64,000 nt of DNA from Phallusia mammillata (taxonomy: Eukaryota). Under the pieces are notes generated by a model. That model worked only from the letters and a program-made list of their open reading frames with translations, ran no database searches and was not told the origin of the DNA. The translations under genes were made by a program, and so were the position numbers. This document shows, in pieces, positions 22,701-36,187 of this stretch; the stretch's first letter is position 1, and each line of letters opens with the position of its first letter. The stretch is from NCBI GenBank assembly GCA_965637545.1, contig OZ281494.1:3596001-3660000 (forward strand), given 5' to 3'.

Positions 22701-25314
22701 TTATTTGTGACGTCGTATTTTATTGTAGGTTGAATCCGATTCGTCACTAGCCCCGTGTCTGTTATCATAGATATTAGTTGGATTGCTGCCGCTTGCAAAT
22801 TGATCGTGGACTTTCACATGTTGAGATAGTTGCAAACTGTCGTAACTGACTCCATCCAATTGATTGTGATCGTATTTTCGAACATGTGATTGTTGTCCAT
22901 TGTCGTGAACCTTTGTTGATTGTTTTGTCTTTCTGACCTGAGCATAGACGTCACTGCATCCTGCTGCTGGCTCTGCAATTTCGTCAAACGCGATGATTTC
23001 GTGACGTGTTTTCTGGATTGCGTCATACTGACTGACGTCATCGTTTTGATGACGCGTTGAAGGTTGGGTTGAATGGGTAGCGAAACTGTTTTCTTCGTTA
23101 TGAGGAATGTTGTACGTTTCTTCGGGTTCAAATTCGTCGCCTGTAACACAATTAATTCGATCCTGTTGAATTTTTTTTTCATCAGCAAACCGAATAGTTT
23201 TATTCTGAAACTGACAATAATGGTTGTAAAATGGAAACAACAATTATGAAAGGTAATACAGTGTATGTAAGTTTACCATTGTTGGATTATTTTTCAAAAA
23301 CAAACAAATTATAGTTTAAACAAGTTATAGTTACTGTTACAAACAACTGTCGTATGTTTTCTACCCTCGACGTCATATTGAATCACTGCAGCTGCGTTCA
23401 CCGGTCTGTTTCTCCTGCGGAAGGAAACGCCGAATTTACTTTCTTAAAGAGTGAGAAAACATCAGTACAAGTAACTTATTGCAAGTCAGAAAGTTCCAAA
23501 ATCACAAAATGGTTTTCCTACTAAAAGTCTTACTTGGACAGGTTGTTGATCAAATTTGTCCTATGTGTTAAGTAAAGTAAAATTATGTACAGAAACCTTC
23601 TGTAGTTACCTTCTTTTCTTGTGTGACTTAACAAAGAAAACGAAAATGCAGATTATGACTAATATGAGGCATCCGCTTACTGTTGAAGCAATGATGGCTG
23701 TGTGAGCATTCGTTATGGCTGCAAAAATCAGAGAAAAAAACGTTTTGATGTTATCAACCGCATACACTTGACAAAATTAAATGTGATGTTTCGTTTTTCC
23801 GGGATTTTATGTCTGAAAATTGTAAAGGTTTATTCAACAAATTGTTCCGGTAAGTTTCTAAAATTTGGTAATTGTTTCTTATCTCCTGTAGTGGTGTCAG
23901 TTGGCGAAATTTTGGTTGTATTTCTTACTTTGAATGGTGTTAATATAGTGGAAATAGTTGGTTTGACAGATTGTTGCATGTTTGTTGTTGTCAGTTCGGT
24001 AAATGGTAGAATGGTGTTTGTGGTTGTTGTGGTGGATGGCAATATTTCTGAAATAGCTGGTTGTAGGCTTGTTGTTGGTGCTTTGGAGGATGGTAAGTTG
24101 TGTGTAGCTGTAACTGATGTGACAGATAAATGTAAGTTTTTTTAGTTTTTTTTTAATAGGCATTATCCAGGCATGTATGGTTTGTTTTCCTACCATTGTT
24201 CAGTGCAATTGTGTTGCTATATGTGTTGTTTCACCAAATGAACTCAATAAAAACACCATTTTACATACAATCGCCGTAATGGAGACATGTTTACCTGACA
24301 TGCTTTTTTCACAAATGTATCTCGCTCTGTGTCGTGTACATCGTACGTCATACCATTGGTAAGTGGTGTTTTGTACACACCGGTTTTTATGACCCATTGT
24401 AACGCAATGTTTCTTTCTGCTTTTGTTATTTGGTCGACCATTTTTCCACATGGTTGTTGTAGGGGAAACATCGCTTCCATCACTCCATCGAAACGCATTT
24501 GTGTTTCCGACCCGTTTTGCACCGATGTATAGCGAAAAGGGTTTATCTGAATAAACAAAAACAGTCGATTCTCAACACACACTCCAAATAATGCTGGATT
24601 ACCCAAAAGGTAAAGTAATCACGTGCATCAAGAGAAGTGGGGCACCACAAAACATCTACTGAACTGAATTTGCGGTCTCATTATTTCAGTAAGTGAGTAA
24701 GTAAGTTTATTTTGCACAGAATATTACATGCACTACCATGTTGAATATTTAGAGTTAAAACTGAGCGTTTCATACCAATATAATTATAGAAACAACACAA
24801 AAATAATTTAGGTTTTCAAGCTTTCTTGCGGACCCCAGACATAAAATGCCATAAGCTTAAGTGCTTGGACCTCAAAGAGTTTCAGCTGGACCTAAATACG
24901 AGCAACTGGGTGTTATTTGTCAGCGGTAACCGTAAAAGGCAAAAAAGGAAACAATATTTTGTGCATGGATTGCTAAACACACAAAAATAATTTGGAATTT
25001 TTATGCCACATAGAAACTAAAAACTAATTATGGTTGCCAATTTCTATTTTTCACTTTCACGCTTGTCAAGCCTTTAAATAGCTGAGATTATTCTTACCGG
25101 TCAGGTTTATAGATGACCTTAAAAAGATGAAAATGTCTAAAGTTTTAACATTAGCTACATTGGCTTGCAATGCAGAACATTTCTCTTTTGCTTCAGCATA
25201 CGAATTGACTGAATTCATTTCGATAGAATATTGTAATCCATTGAAGTTATGCCAACTTCGTCCGTTAGCAGAAACAGATAAACACAACGTAAACAACAAA
25301 ACTATAACCGCCAT
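22701..25314 (-). CDS. Type I membrane C-type lectin receptor with mucin-like stalk and ITIM-like tail (model about 447 aa; exons 25314-25098, 24546-24295, 24113-23883, 23812-23768, 23718-23610, 23414-23365, 23140-22701)
   Basis: Signal peptide MAVIVLLFTLCLSVSA. CTLD motifs EAKEKC, LYIGAKR, FRWSDGS, WKNGRPNN, HCV, WYDVRC, YICEK. T/S/P-rich stalk. TM AIIASTVSGCLILVIICIFVFFV followed by KSHKKRR. Tail Tyr motifs. Splice phases are mutually consistent, except that the exon-3 donor reads AT instead of GT. Confidence 0.8.
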
Positions 25315-25459
25315 ATTTGTTCAAACAATCATAGCCCGTCCAAGTTTTCTAAGAGGTAAATAAAGCATTACCAAGCATTGTCCAGTCTTGCAAACTACGC
25401 TGTTACTCGTGGTCTGCGATTAACCTGACTTTCTGTCCATGAAATGAAACTAAACTAAA

Positions 25460-26120
25460 ATAATGGCTTCCCAAGCAGAAACTGCAACAAAGAAGTTCTA
25501 TCCAGATGACGTCACTCTGCCTTTGTTTTCATCGCGTGAACTGTTAGTAAAAAGAGGGAACAGTCAAGTTAACTACTTCATGTATATATATATATATTTT
25601 ATATCCTTTTTGTAAACTGCAAAAGGGACAATATCACCTTAGTTCTGTTTAGCTGCTGTGGAATCATGTATATTGCTTTCGAGTTCAAATTGTGCTTACG
25701 TTACGCTACTTTCCTTATCATTACGGAAAATTGATTAACTGATCGCGAAATTAAATTTTAGTTTACAGTTTGATGTATATTGTGAAAAGTCGTGCTGTTG
25801 TGTTTTCATGTTTTTTTCGTTTCATTTCAGAGGTTTTTTAAGTTTCCCGTTACAGAAGGGATTATACCATACGTACAGCGACATAGACAATCAATTCCTA
25901 AATTAACTATCATGACTATTATATTAACTATTATCCAAGTATTTTACAATTGTCACAAAGTCATTCTTGTTTTTCAGTTCAAAGTATAACCTGGCTAGCT
26001 CATTGACTGCAGCAAAAAACAAAAACAACCAACTGACAATCTTCCTTATGCCCATAAACTACCACACGGAAGTTTTATAGAGATGACGTCATTGCACTTT
26101 CTTATCATCACGTGAAAGGA
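25460..26120. promoter_or_regulatory. Duplicated upstream module with two CRE/ATF palindromes (TGACGTCA at 25507 and 26084) upstream of the lectin receptor
   Basis: Two diverged copies of gaagtt.tat..agaTGACGTCA.t..c.tt...t.atc(g/a)cgtgaa, about 190 and 770 bp upstream of the ATG. Function not shown. Confidence 0.35.
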
Positions 26121-27853
26121 GTTGATTGATCATATAACGAAAATAAAATCAAGTTAACAGCTTTCAAATTCGTGCTGGCGCGTTTACATTTTGTTTTCAA
26201 TTTTCGCTTTCACATTTTCTTGGATAGACATATACTAAACACCTGGCGACATCGATATTGAATTTTAATTATTTTAAGTTTGTTATCTACGTCTTGTGCA
26301 ATTAGCAAAAAAATCTTTCTTGTTTTTGTTTTTGATGTATAGCCTTACTACATCCATCTCTGCCGTGAAAACAATCGACCAACTAATGCTTTTCCTCGTG
26401 CACGTAAACTACACTACGGAAATTTCATGTGACTCAAATTTCGATTGTTGTCATAACGTGGGAGGAATTGATTGTTTTTTGGCAAGAGTAAATTAGAATA
26501 TAATGTTCATTTATTTTGATCTAAAATGTATTACCACATTTCAGCTTTTTTCACTGCACGACAACAGACAGGCCTGGATTAACCTTTTTGATAATCAAAG
26601 GTTAAAAGAAATAAAGGAAAAAGGGACACCAAAGAACCTATTACCAAATTTTAGTATTTTCTCAAACGCTATTTTGAAGTTAGTGTAAATGTTTAAAAAT
26701 ATATTTTGCAGCATTCATTTTTATTATTTTAAGTGGCTGATTGATATTTAAGGTGAAGTAAAGGTCAGGACAAATGTACACGAGGATGTAGGAAACACAG
26801 AAAAACTAAAGGACAAATGTACTAAAGCATTTGAATTTTGTTGTGTTTATTGTTCACTGAAGGTCGGTTTTATTTACTTCTGTTGCAGAGTTGACAATTC
26901 CCTGTCTCATGGGACACAGATTTTAATTTGCAGGCTCAAAAATTCACAGACAAAAAAATGCCCTGAAATGCTTGCAGCCATTTTTGTAAGAAGGTTTTAG
27001 TGTAGGAATCAATCACGCGTTAAACGTAGGCTCGTAGGGGACCCATGACCGAAACAGCAGTTTCGTCTTGTGACGTTTCTGAAATTACTTTGTACCCTAA
27101 ATAGATCTAAGCGTCAGAAACTGTACAATGAACGATTGTGTTGTTAGACCGGCCATGCAAGAAACGTGCTGCAAGGTAGATTGCATTGCATTTTGGATTT
27201 AACTTCGTTAAAGTTATGCTCAATGTTAGAGTTAAATGTTTCACCAAACTTTTACTATAAGTTCAAGTTTACTTTGTGTGACAATACACTGCGTAGTAGT
27301 GAACGATGTTAAACATCTGAAAACGACAATGCAGTGAGCAATTCAATAAGACAGAGATATGATGTTATTGAAAAAGTTATTTAGTTTCTTTCATTCATGT
27401 TTACAACCATTATTCGGAGAACCATACAATGAAATAGCGTTGAATAGAAGCGAATTCATTTTTAGTCAAAAACACCTTTGGGCGAAGAGCTGGGGCCTTT
27501 TTAAACAAGGTTTATTTGGTGTAGGTCACAGCATGGACAGTTTGCTAAAGCTCAATAGAGTATGTAGTGCTAAACTTGCTGTCCCAACAATGAATGATAT
27601 ATATGAATTTAAGTTATTGTAAGTAGTTGTTGATTTGTTTTTCTTTTCTTATTTTTTGAATCTCATGTTTACACTTGTATATCCAACAAAAGTCGTAAAG
27701 TTTGGTGAAGGGCCAGACAGAAATGTGTTGCTGTTTTAGATCATAAGTTGTTTGTAAATGGAATTAAACATCTACACTTAAACGTTATAAATAGACCACA
27801 ATACACCGACCAGTTTTCTTCAACTGACAAGCAACATCTTCAATTGACCCAAA

Positions 27854-28837
27854 ATGGTATTGATACTTACTTTGAATTTTTTTAGTTGTTGTAAATTACA
27901 AAACGTTGGTGATATTCAGTGATTGGAGAAAATTTCTGAAGAATACGGGGCGTTCGAAAATATAGACAACAACAGGGGCTCGGAAACAGCCGGTAACGGT
28001 GCGTTGTAACACCGTGAAGTATTTCTGCGCTGTGCAGATTAACTGGGCCGTTTAAAAACTACCCACAAACCATAAACAGGGGGTCTACTGGCTCAAAATT
28101 GTTGCCTGCACCCTCTTGGATAAAAATTGCGCATGCCGCGGACATGTCGGAATTAAAACTATACTTTGGCTCTCGACACTGTTTTAGGGCAGTGCTAGCG
28201 AGCGATTCAAATCTTTTATATTTTTGAGCAGATGTTTGCATCGCAAAATCGGCGAGAGCTGTTTTTGCTCGAGTTATAATGTCACTAGAATAACTTTGTG
28301 TCCTAAATCTAAAGTATATGACCCAAAACCCGATCTAATCTTTATTTGTTAACAGTTATGCCTGTACTGCATCCACAAGTTACACTTATTAAGACAAAAT
28401 GCGATACAAATGTGACTCAGAGTAAATTCAGGCCCGATGCAAGCCCGTTATATTTAAACGCAAGCCCGAATCTTTCATGAAAATGTGGACACGGCACCTG
28501 AAGCGAGGGTTTCTTTTTTTAAGTGCAAAATTTCAGAAGCAGAACCAGAAAATAAAGTCTAAATGTTTACAGTCGAATCAGTTACGCGACATCAATATAT
28601 ATTTCGGCGAAGTCATCTGAAAGCAATTTCTGTATAACACTCCAGTCTAATTGTGTTTTTTTGTTTAGGAGTGGAAAACCGTTCACTCCATGAAGAGCAA
28701 GCAGTCAATTATTTAAACGATTGCAATGACTTTGGTGTTTTTGTGTTTATCCTTGAGTTTTTTGTTTGTTGTCAGGTTGGTGGAATAGCAAGTGCCTTTC
28801 ACGTTCAGTATTTTGTTATTATTTTTATTGCTACTTT
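27854..28837 (+). pseudogene. 3'-truncated DUF1294-like pseudogene, subfamily A-related
   Basis: cccaaaATG|gtattg; acceptor at 28668/28669. The N-terminal part (LNDCNDFGVFVFILEFFVC...QYFVIIFIATLV) is out of frame with the acceptor and ends at a MITE-like sequence; the DK/RIPE/GGAPA core is absent. Confidence 0.75.
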
Positions 28838-29115
28838 GGTTTCGGCAACCCCTGGCACGCATGCCACGCAAGGTGGTTTCCGTGGCACTCCACCCGATTT
28901 GCGTGTTTATATTGAAGGAACATTTTCACATATTGCAGTTTTTATCATGTCATTGTCTTAAAATTAGCCTTACATGCACAAACACTACTTTCTCTTTATT
29001 ATTGATATCTGCTGGCACGAACCACTATTATTTAGAAAAACGTTGGCACGCGAGGTCTTTGACACGTGGAGATAAAAGTAAATTGGCACGCGTCGCCTAA
29101 CAGGTTTACCACAGT
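28838..29115. mobile_element. Degenerate MITE remnant truncating the 27854 pseudogene
   Basis: Ends resemble hAT-MITE termini (tcggcaacccctggcacgcatgcc ... ggcacgcgtcgcctaacaggtttacca). No clean TSD. Confidence 0.45.
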
Positions 29116-29341
29116 ACATTTTGAACAGTTACATGGTGGAACTTATTTTAGTCATACATTTCACATCACATAGTGTTTATGGAATTAAAAAGTTAGCCTT
29201 AAAAGTATAAAATCTTATGGTCTATGCTTACACGTACACAAGCGGCATTATTAAAATTCAGCCAAGTCTAAGAAACGGATTGGCAAATACTGGGAAAGTT
29301 ACTCGAGACAACAGTTTGCATTTTGACGTGACTGTATAGAA

Positions 29342-29757
29342 CAGCAGTTCTCAAACTGGGGTCTGCGGTCCTTTAGGGGTCCGTGAGGCAATTTTGGGGG
29401 GACCGCGAAGCGGTTGAAGTAAATCTATAATCTTATTTGGCGTCAGTTTGTGCCACTAAATCAAATCAAAGTAGAATTGAGAATCGACTGTCAGTATTGC
29501 TAAACAATAGCCTTTATTGCATGACAACTTGTAGCAAAGGCAATTGTTGGCGCACAATCATAATGTTGTTTTTTTGTCTCGACTGTGATGTCACAAGCTG
29601 TCTTTGGATCATAATTATGTGCAATTTTGCATAACTAGCTAAAATCCTGCAATCAACTTTCGTTTTTCTAAAATACACATTCAAGGACCGCGAGCCCTCG
29701 AAATAATGGCAAATGGACCCTTTTGAAAAAAATAATGAAAAAGTTTGAGAACCACTG
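29342..29757. mobile_element. hAT MITE (TIR CAG(C/T)(A/G)GTTCTCAAACT), TSD gtatagaa/gtgtagaa
   Basis: TIRs and a 7/8 TSD match. An empty paralogous site lies at about 30850-30930, and an inverted copy at 62974-63321. Confidence 0.85.
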
Positions 29758-31918
29758 GTGTAGAACAAAGCTTTAGCGACGCCCAACACAGAAATGCCTA
29801 CGTACCACTACTCTATTAGGTATAGTGACAAACCGTTTACACTGTTTTGAGTTATCGAATCTGAATTTAAAAATCAGAAAGTGTTTTTTCGTATCCTTAG
29901 AGTACCAAACACTGTTTTCATTTTTTGCAATTGTTGCAAGTGTCATTGGCATCGAAAGCCTGTTGTAACACCCATCTCTTATTCGAAACGTTTTAAGTAT
30001 AGAAGAGGAGTTGGAATGGGTTGAGAGAGACTGGTCAGTACATGAAGTAACACCATAACTTACGGCAGCCGAACATATAGCTAATTTAAGACGGGTGGTG
30101 CAAAGACCACTAACACCTACAAACGATCCATCTCCAAAACAGTGTGATGGTTGGGGCCAGTGTTTTTTTAAGGTGTTTTGGGGGACCGAAACGGCCCCCC
30201 AAATTTCTCCAGCGGTTTCCCAAAATTTGGACTTGCAACTACAACTACAGTTTTAGGTATTTAAATGAAACACTTGCGGTATCTTAAAACTACTTAGCGG
30301 TCACCCAAACCAAACCTTAAAAAAAACTGGTTGGGGCTATTAGGGTTGTAGTTAGGTATTATCATTAAAAAGGTGATGAAACGAACTTTAAAACTTAGAT
30401 CTTAATGTAACATTTTACTTTCCAAGCCTACCCATGTTTAGCTGCAAAATTAATAATTCAGCTCGCAACACCACCTACCCAATTTTAGCTAAATGTGGAA
30501 CTGACATGGGATATTACGGTAGAGCTATTATAACACCATACCTCATAGCAGACCCACATTTAGCTAAATTGTGATGGTGGCGCAAAGAGCTGAATTCTTA
30601 AATCAGCAGCTAAAGAGGAATCACGTATAAATATTTCGAGGTTTGAAAATGGAAAACGAAGACATTTTTAATCGGAAACGCGCGTACACCACATCTCACG
30701 TCAGCTGTTAACATTTTGCTGAGTACCGAAATGTAATGCAGGGTGTAAACTCTGGCCCACACATGCGGCATACTTTAAAGTCAGTCAAGTTTGAAGCTAA
30801 GGGTGAAAGGGGTTAGCAAATACTAGGGAAAGTCCCTTGATCGAAACATCAGTTTGCATTGTAAAGTGGCTGTGTAGAACAGAACTATGGGAACGTCCGA
30901 CATAAAAATGCCTGCCACTACTCTTGGTATAGTTTTAAACCGTTAACACCGTTTTGATTGCGTCAATGAGTTATCTAACCTGATTTTGAAAATTAGAGAG
31001 TGTTCTTTGTAATCCTTAATTGCAGTGTCAAACACTGTTTTTATAATTTTCCTAGCATTGTAATAGTTGCAGCAATTGATGTAAGTGCTATTCATCGAAA
31101 GATTTTTAAAGTCTGCAGTAACAATTAACCACTTCTTATGTTTGTGGGCAAAAAACGTCAAATGAAAAAAATAAATAAATGCGAATTAGGTAGAGGGAGT
31201 TGAATTGGATGAATTTCAGAAGCGACCCGACTCAATGTAGAAATCAATCAGGCGTTAAACGTAGGCTCGTCGGGACCCATGATCGAAACAACAGTTTTGC
31301 CCTGTTACGTGGCTAAAATTTAATCCATTTTTCCTTGAAATGGTTTGAGCATTAGAAACTGTACAATGAACGGTTGTGTTATCAGGCGGGAATGGCATCA
31401 AACGGGCCATTATATATCTCGTTTGTATTTAAATTTACTATTCAACGTTATTATTACTATAATTTTAATTTTACCTTGATTTGGGGAAATACAGTAAATT
31501 GTTGTGATGGACGTCCATTTTTAGATGGACACACCTTTTGGGTGAAGGGTTGGGCCGTTTGAGACGAGGATTACTCTCCGTTGGTGTACACTGGAGAGTT
31601 GTACACTACGAACAGTTTGCATGAGATTAATGGAGAATGTAGTGCTGAAGAGGATTTGATTTATACTGCTTTACTAGTGAATATAAGCTGTTAAGTTGTT
31701 TTCCTTTCTGACCATTTTTCGATTCGCTTGTTCACCTTGTTTACGAAACAACAAAAGTCTTCAAATTTGGTACAAGTTTAGACACTATTTTTTCCCGTTT
31801 TAGATCATTAGGTTGTTTTCAAGTTGGGTTAAACATCAACACCTAGAAGTTATAAATTGACCGGATTACTTCGACAAGTTTTTATCATCTGACAAGCAAC
31901 ATCTTCATTTGACCCAGT

Positions 31919-32823
31919 ATGGTATTTGTACTAACTTTTCAGTTGTTGTAAATTACAAAAATTAATATATTTAGCTATTGGAGCAAAAAAGTGGGAAATA
32001 CCGAGCTTTCCAAAGCAAATAGGCAGAGGCTCGGATACACCTGGTCATGGTGGTTGCAAACCATTTTTTATTAAGTAAAAATTGAGTCCATTAAGTAATA
32101 ATATCACCGGACGTACAAACACGAAACCAGCCCGATCTAAAAAAGTAATACCTGTGTCAGGTCTACATGACTTACCAAGGTGAAATTACGATACAAATGT
32201 CTCACAGACTAACGTTGGACCCGATTAAAGTCCGTTTTGAAAGGACGGCATGACACAAAACCTGATTACAGCGAATTAATAAAGTGATTAAAATTTTAAA
32301 AAAAATGATCCTGATCAAAAAAGGGCTTGTGATTTTACAAAGCCCGTTAAAAGATAATTTGTGCCACAGTCTAATTGTGTTCATTGTTTAGGAGTGGGAT
32401 AATTCCAACCAACATCGTTCACAATTTAAGATGCAAGCTGCCAACAAGAAGCGTTTAGACAAACACTATATTGCTGGAGTTATAGTGTTTATTTTTGAGT
32501 GTGTCTTATGTGTGATTATGTATTATGCTGTTGACAAACACGCATGCATTGTATGCGTGGCATATTTTGTTGTCATTTGCATCGTAACTTTGTTGTTAAA
32601 TTTATTTGACAAATGCCTTGCTTGCAGTGGCTCCAGCGAGCGCATTCCAGAGGTTGTGCTGCACTTTTTGACACTGATTGGTGGTGCTCCGGCCACAGCT
32701 TTAGTCATTAATGATCCCATTCGACACGAATGCAGTAAAGTTTCCTATCGAGAGGCGTTTGTTTGTCTGTGCATTTGTTTGTTGCATTTTGCTGATACGT
32801 GCTGTTTACACACTATTTTGTAG
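31919..32823 (+). CDS. DUF1294/YsdA-like protein, subfamily A (about 144 aa; exons 31919-31921 and 32392-32823), C-terminal helix frameshifted
   Basis: ATG|gtattt; acceptor tgttta g|GAG; LNLFDKCLACSGSSERIPEVVLHFLTLIGGAPATALVINDPIRHECSK. A +1 nt change near 32765 relative to the 5018 paralog alters the last helix, and RHK has become RHE. Confidence 0.65.
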
Positions 32824-34506
32824 TCTAATAGCAAAAATATAATGGCCAAAATGGCAAGTTAATCAAACATGTATTCATCACGACCTTTATGTACAGTATG
32901 TTTGGTGCTTATTACTGCTGTGTTGTACGCGCTGACAAATATATTCAAGACAAGAATGTAATATTGAGCTTAAAGCTTTTTTCTCAGATACTTACAGGAC
33001 AAACGGTCACATCCCATAGCAACAATGCAAATGGCTGTAAACAATAGTAAAGAACTTGGTCAGCATTATTAGTTATGATTGTCGATCTTTGTAGCACACT
33101 ACAAACCTTGATTTGATGTCATGTTTGCCCAGACAAAAACTTTTCAGGGATAGGTTTGGAATCCTGGAAAATCCTAATTCCGGGACTGCAGTATAGCTTA
33201 TTACACTTTATAGGGATAGGTGTTTGTTAAATTCCAAAAACTTTGCATATCAGCCTTCCTAGGCAAAATTTTTGTAATGAAACATCATGATAAAATTATT
33301 GCGTGGTCCCCAACATTTTCTATTTGAATTCTACTGGGACGTGCTCATTTTTTTGCAGATTTATAGTATTGTGACCAAATAAATGTTTCGTGTTGCCATT
33401 AACAGATAGGGGATCTAAGATAATATTCGTGAAATACAGCTTCACTTCAAGTATTACGGAAAATTAAATATGCCCCGTTAAGAACCTTATAAAAAATGGA
33501 TTTGACGCAACGCGAAAGCTAAAAAACAGAATTAAATGCACGTTTTAAGCTCAGTATCCTAATCGCTGAAAATCCCGGGATTTTTCAATTTGGTCTCGAA
33601 ATTTCAGCCAAATTCATTGTTATTACATTCTAAATAGAACAGCAGTAAAGCAAAAATCGTTATTTCATAATACGAAGCCTTGGCGACATCTTCTGTTCAA
33701 TGTTCAATTTATTACTTCAAACCATTGCCAAATCCTAAACTTCACAAATGTGCCTTTGATATGCATTATTGCTTACAATCAAACTTTAGTGTTGCCTATT
33801 TAAACAGTTTGAGCCACAGTTTTTTGAGTCTCGTAGACCTTGATGCCTATTAGTTAATGGGACGTACAGAAACAGTACCACACAACGTTTGCTGACTACA
33901 AACAACACAATACGGGTGTATGGAAACATCTTATTGTGGTAAAATCATACCATGTCTAATGTTAAATCAGGGTGATAATCATAAAATTTATAACAACTGT
34001 GCATCCTTTTTTGTTGTTTTTGCGATGAACGGCTCCCAAAAAATCAGACATAAACCGGGTTCTAATACTCAAAGAGCTCTGGTTAAAAACAATACCAAAT
34101 TTTATGGGCTGTTATACCTGCATTATTTTCGAACAATACAAAGACAATAGTCATTGTGCAACTATAAACTTGCCAAAAACTTACCATATTAGCTTGGACT
34201 GTTGGTTAATGTCAGTCATTTAAACTTACTTGTAATAGTTTGTTAAGTAATTGTTTTGTAAATAAACCTCATAATTATTGTGTAAATAATATTTACGTTT
34301 CTTTACCAGATAGGGAAATGACTTTCCTGTTTTAGAATAAATCAAAGAAAGTTATATGTACCAGGGAGTATAGATTCACTGCAAAAAAATCCAGGAGTAA
34401 CAAAGAATTTGAAGACTGTATCATTACAAAGTGTGTTATTTACGTGACGAAAAGTTGAAGTCACATTCAGTGGGAACGTCTCTTGACACAAGCAACAACA
34501 AAAAAC

Positions 34507-35081
34507 ATGGTAACTAACAGCTGCGTTTGTTTTTAATATTTAAATCAAAACTCTAGGTTCAACCGTCGTTTCTTAATGACTACCATTTTTTAACGTTGGT
34601 TTCGTTTTGATATTTACGTGTTTTTGCGTTATAGGATTGGATAGAAACCGACAGGCATCCATTTTATGACGAAAGCCACGACCCAAGCTACTTGGATACT
34701 TGCTATGCTGTCGGATTTGTAACTTTATACTTGGAACTTGTCGTTTGTGTTTCAGCCCATTCCTACGCAAAATCGCCCGTCTTTGGGATCTACATAGTAA
34801 CTGTTCTACTTTTTACCTTGATTATCAACATTGCGGACAAACTGTTGATTTATGAAGGAAAAAATGGTATCCCTGAATATTTTTTACACGCTCTGACAGT
34901 AGTTGGTGGAGCGCCATCTAGCGCATTTGCTATGAACCATTGTTGTATTCGACATAAACGCAGAAAGGCCAGCTATCAAAATGACTTTATAACATATGCA
35001 ACTATAGGTTGTTCTTTTTTAGGGGGCATGCTTTGCCAAATACTGTATTCTGGGAGCAGTTACCAGAAACAACCAAGTTGA
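34507..35081 (+). CDS. DUF1294/YsdA-like membrane protein, subfamily E (about 149 aa; exons 34507-34509 and 34635-35081)
   Basis: aaaacATG|gtaact; acceptor gttatag|GAT; INIADKLLIYEGKNGIPEYFLHALTVVGGAPSSAFAMNHCCIRHKRRK; AATAAA about 40 nt after the stop. Confidence 0.85.
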
Positions 35082-36187
35082 AAATATATGAAGTTGTTTC
35101 TGTGATATGAAAACTAAAAATAAAGGCTATGGTGTCATTGCAAAATGTGTAGTCACTGAAATGTCATTTTGTTTTTTATGTATAGCAACGTCATTAAATT
35201 AAATTAAAAGAGTGCCATTTTTGTTTAAAATGCTATTGTGTCGTTTTACATGAATGTTGTATTTAAACGTGTTTTTTTTACCCTTTCATTTTCATTTGGC
35301 ATTAGATTGACCAAGCAAAAAAAAACTGTTTACGCTTCAATAAGATTCCAGTTACAGTACTTCGGATGTTTTTCTGAAGGTAGCGGATTTATCTTAAAGT
35401 TTCTTTTCATTTATTGCGTTGTTTGGTCGTTGGTTGGCTGATGTAACTCTTGTACCTGATGTAACTTTTTACCATCTTTAAATTGCACTTTATAACATGT
35501 AAGCTATACACAATCTTTACACAACGGGGATACCTGCAAGGAAAACCGGGAAAGCCCAAAAAACCGTTTTCTTCTGTGACGTGACTGTTAACATAAAAAT
35601 CAAGGCAACTTTCTGCACCGAAATATGTGGTCACGGCACAATGACTGTTAGTTGCTCACAATTTACATCACTCTTATTCATTGTATAGGTCAACGCCGAT
35701 AAATGCCATGACCAAATTAAATGTGTTTACCTAAAGTTGCAAACAATATTATACCCAATTTCATTTGTTCGTGACATACAACAGTTACACGTGATTTTAT
35801 TGGTAAATGAACTTGAATACCAGGGCAGTTATTAAGGTTTGGTGAACCGTTTGTTTAAAGAGATTACGTTTCGGTGCAGTTATAAAAAAACAGTTTGCAG
35901 CAGAGAAACTACAGAAACGTTCAAGATAAATCGAGGTTAGTTGAGAAAAAAAAGTATTAACTTTAATGCAAACCGGCTGGTAATTTCTAGTTTGAGCATT
36001 TTAAAATTGCTAGTATATAAATGTTAATTAAACCGCAATCTTGTGTGAAATTTAATAAAAAAAGTATAGGACAGTTGTTAATTGCTATTACATTTTCTAG
36101 GTTTTTCTAGCACCAATTGAACACCGAAACTGCTATAAATAAGCAAGAAGTTTGTCATTGTACAAGCACTAACAGCTGTCACATCAA

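Noticed and set aside
23141-23243. N-terminal MLFPFYNHYCQFQNK... of ORFs 22701-23243 and 11298-11834 as protein starts
   Set aside because: Intronic read-through; the coding exon starts at the ttacag acceptor (23140), in phase with the upstream exons.
23610-23718. DAP12-like charge pairing between the lectin receptor and the acidic TM of DUF1294 proteins
   Set aside because: The receptor TM (AIIASTVSGCLILVIICIFVFFV) has no Lys or Arg, so this specific pairing is unsupported.
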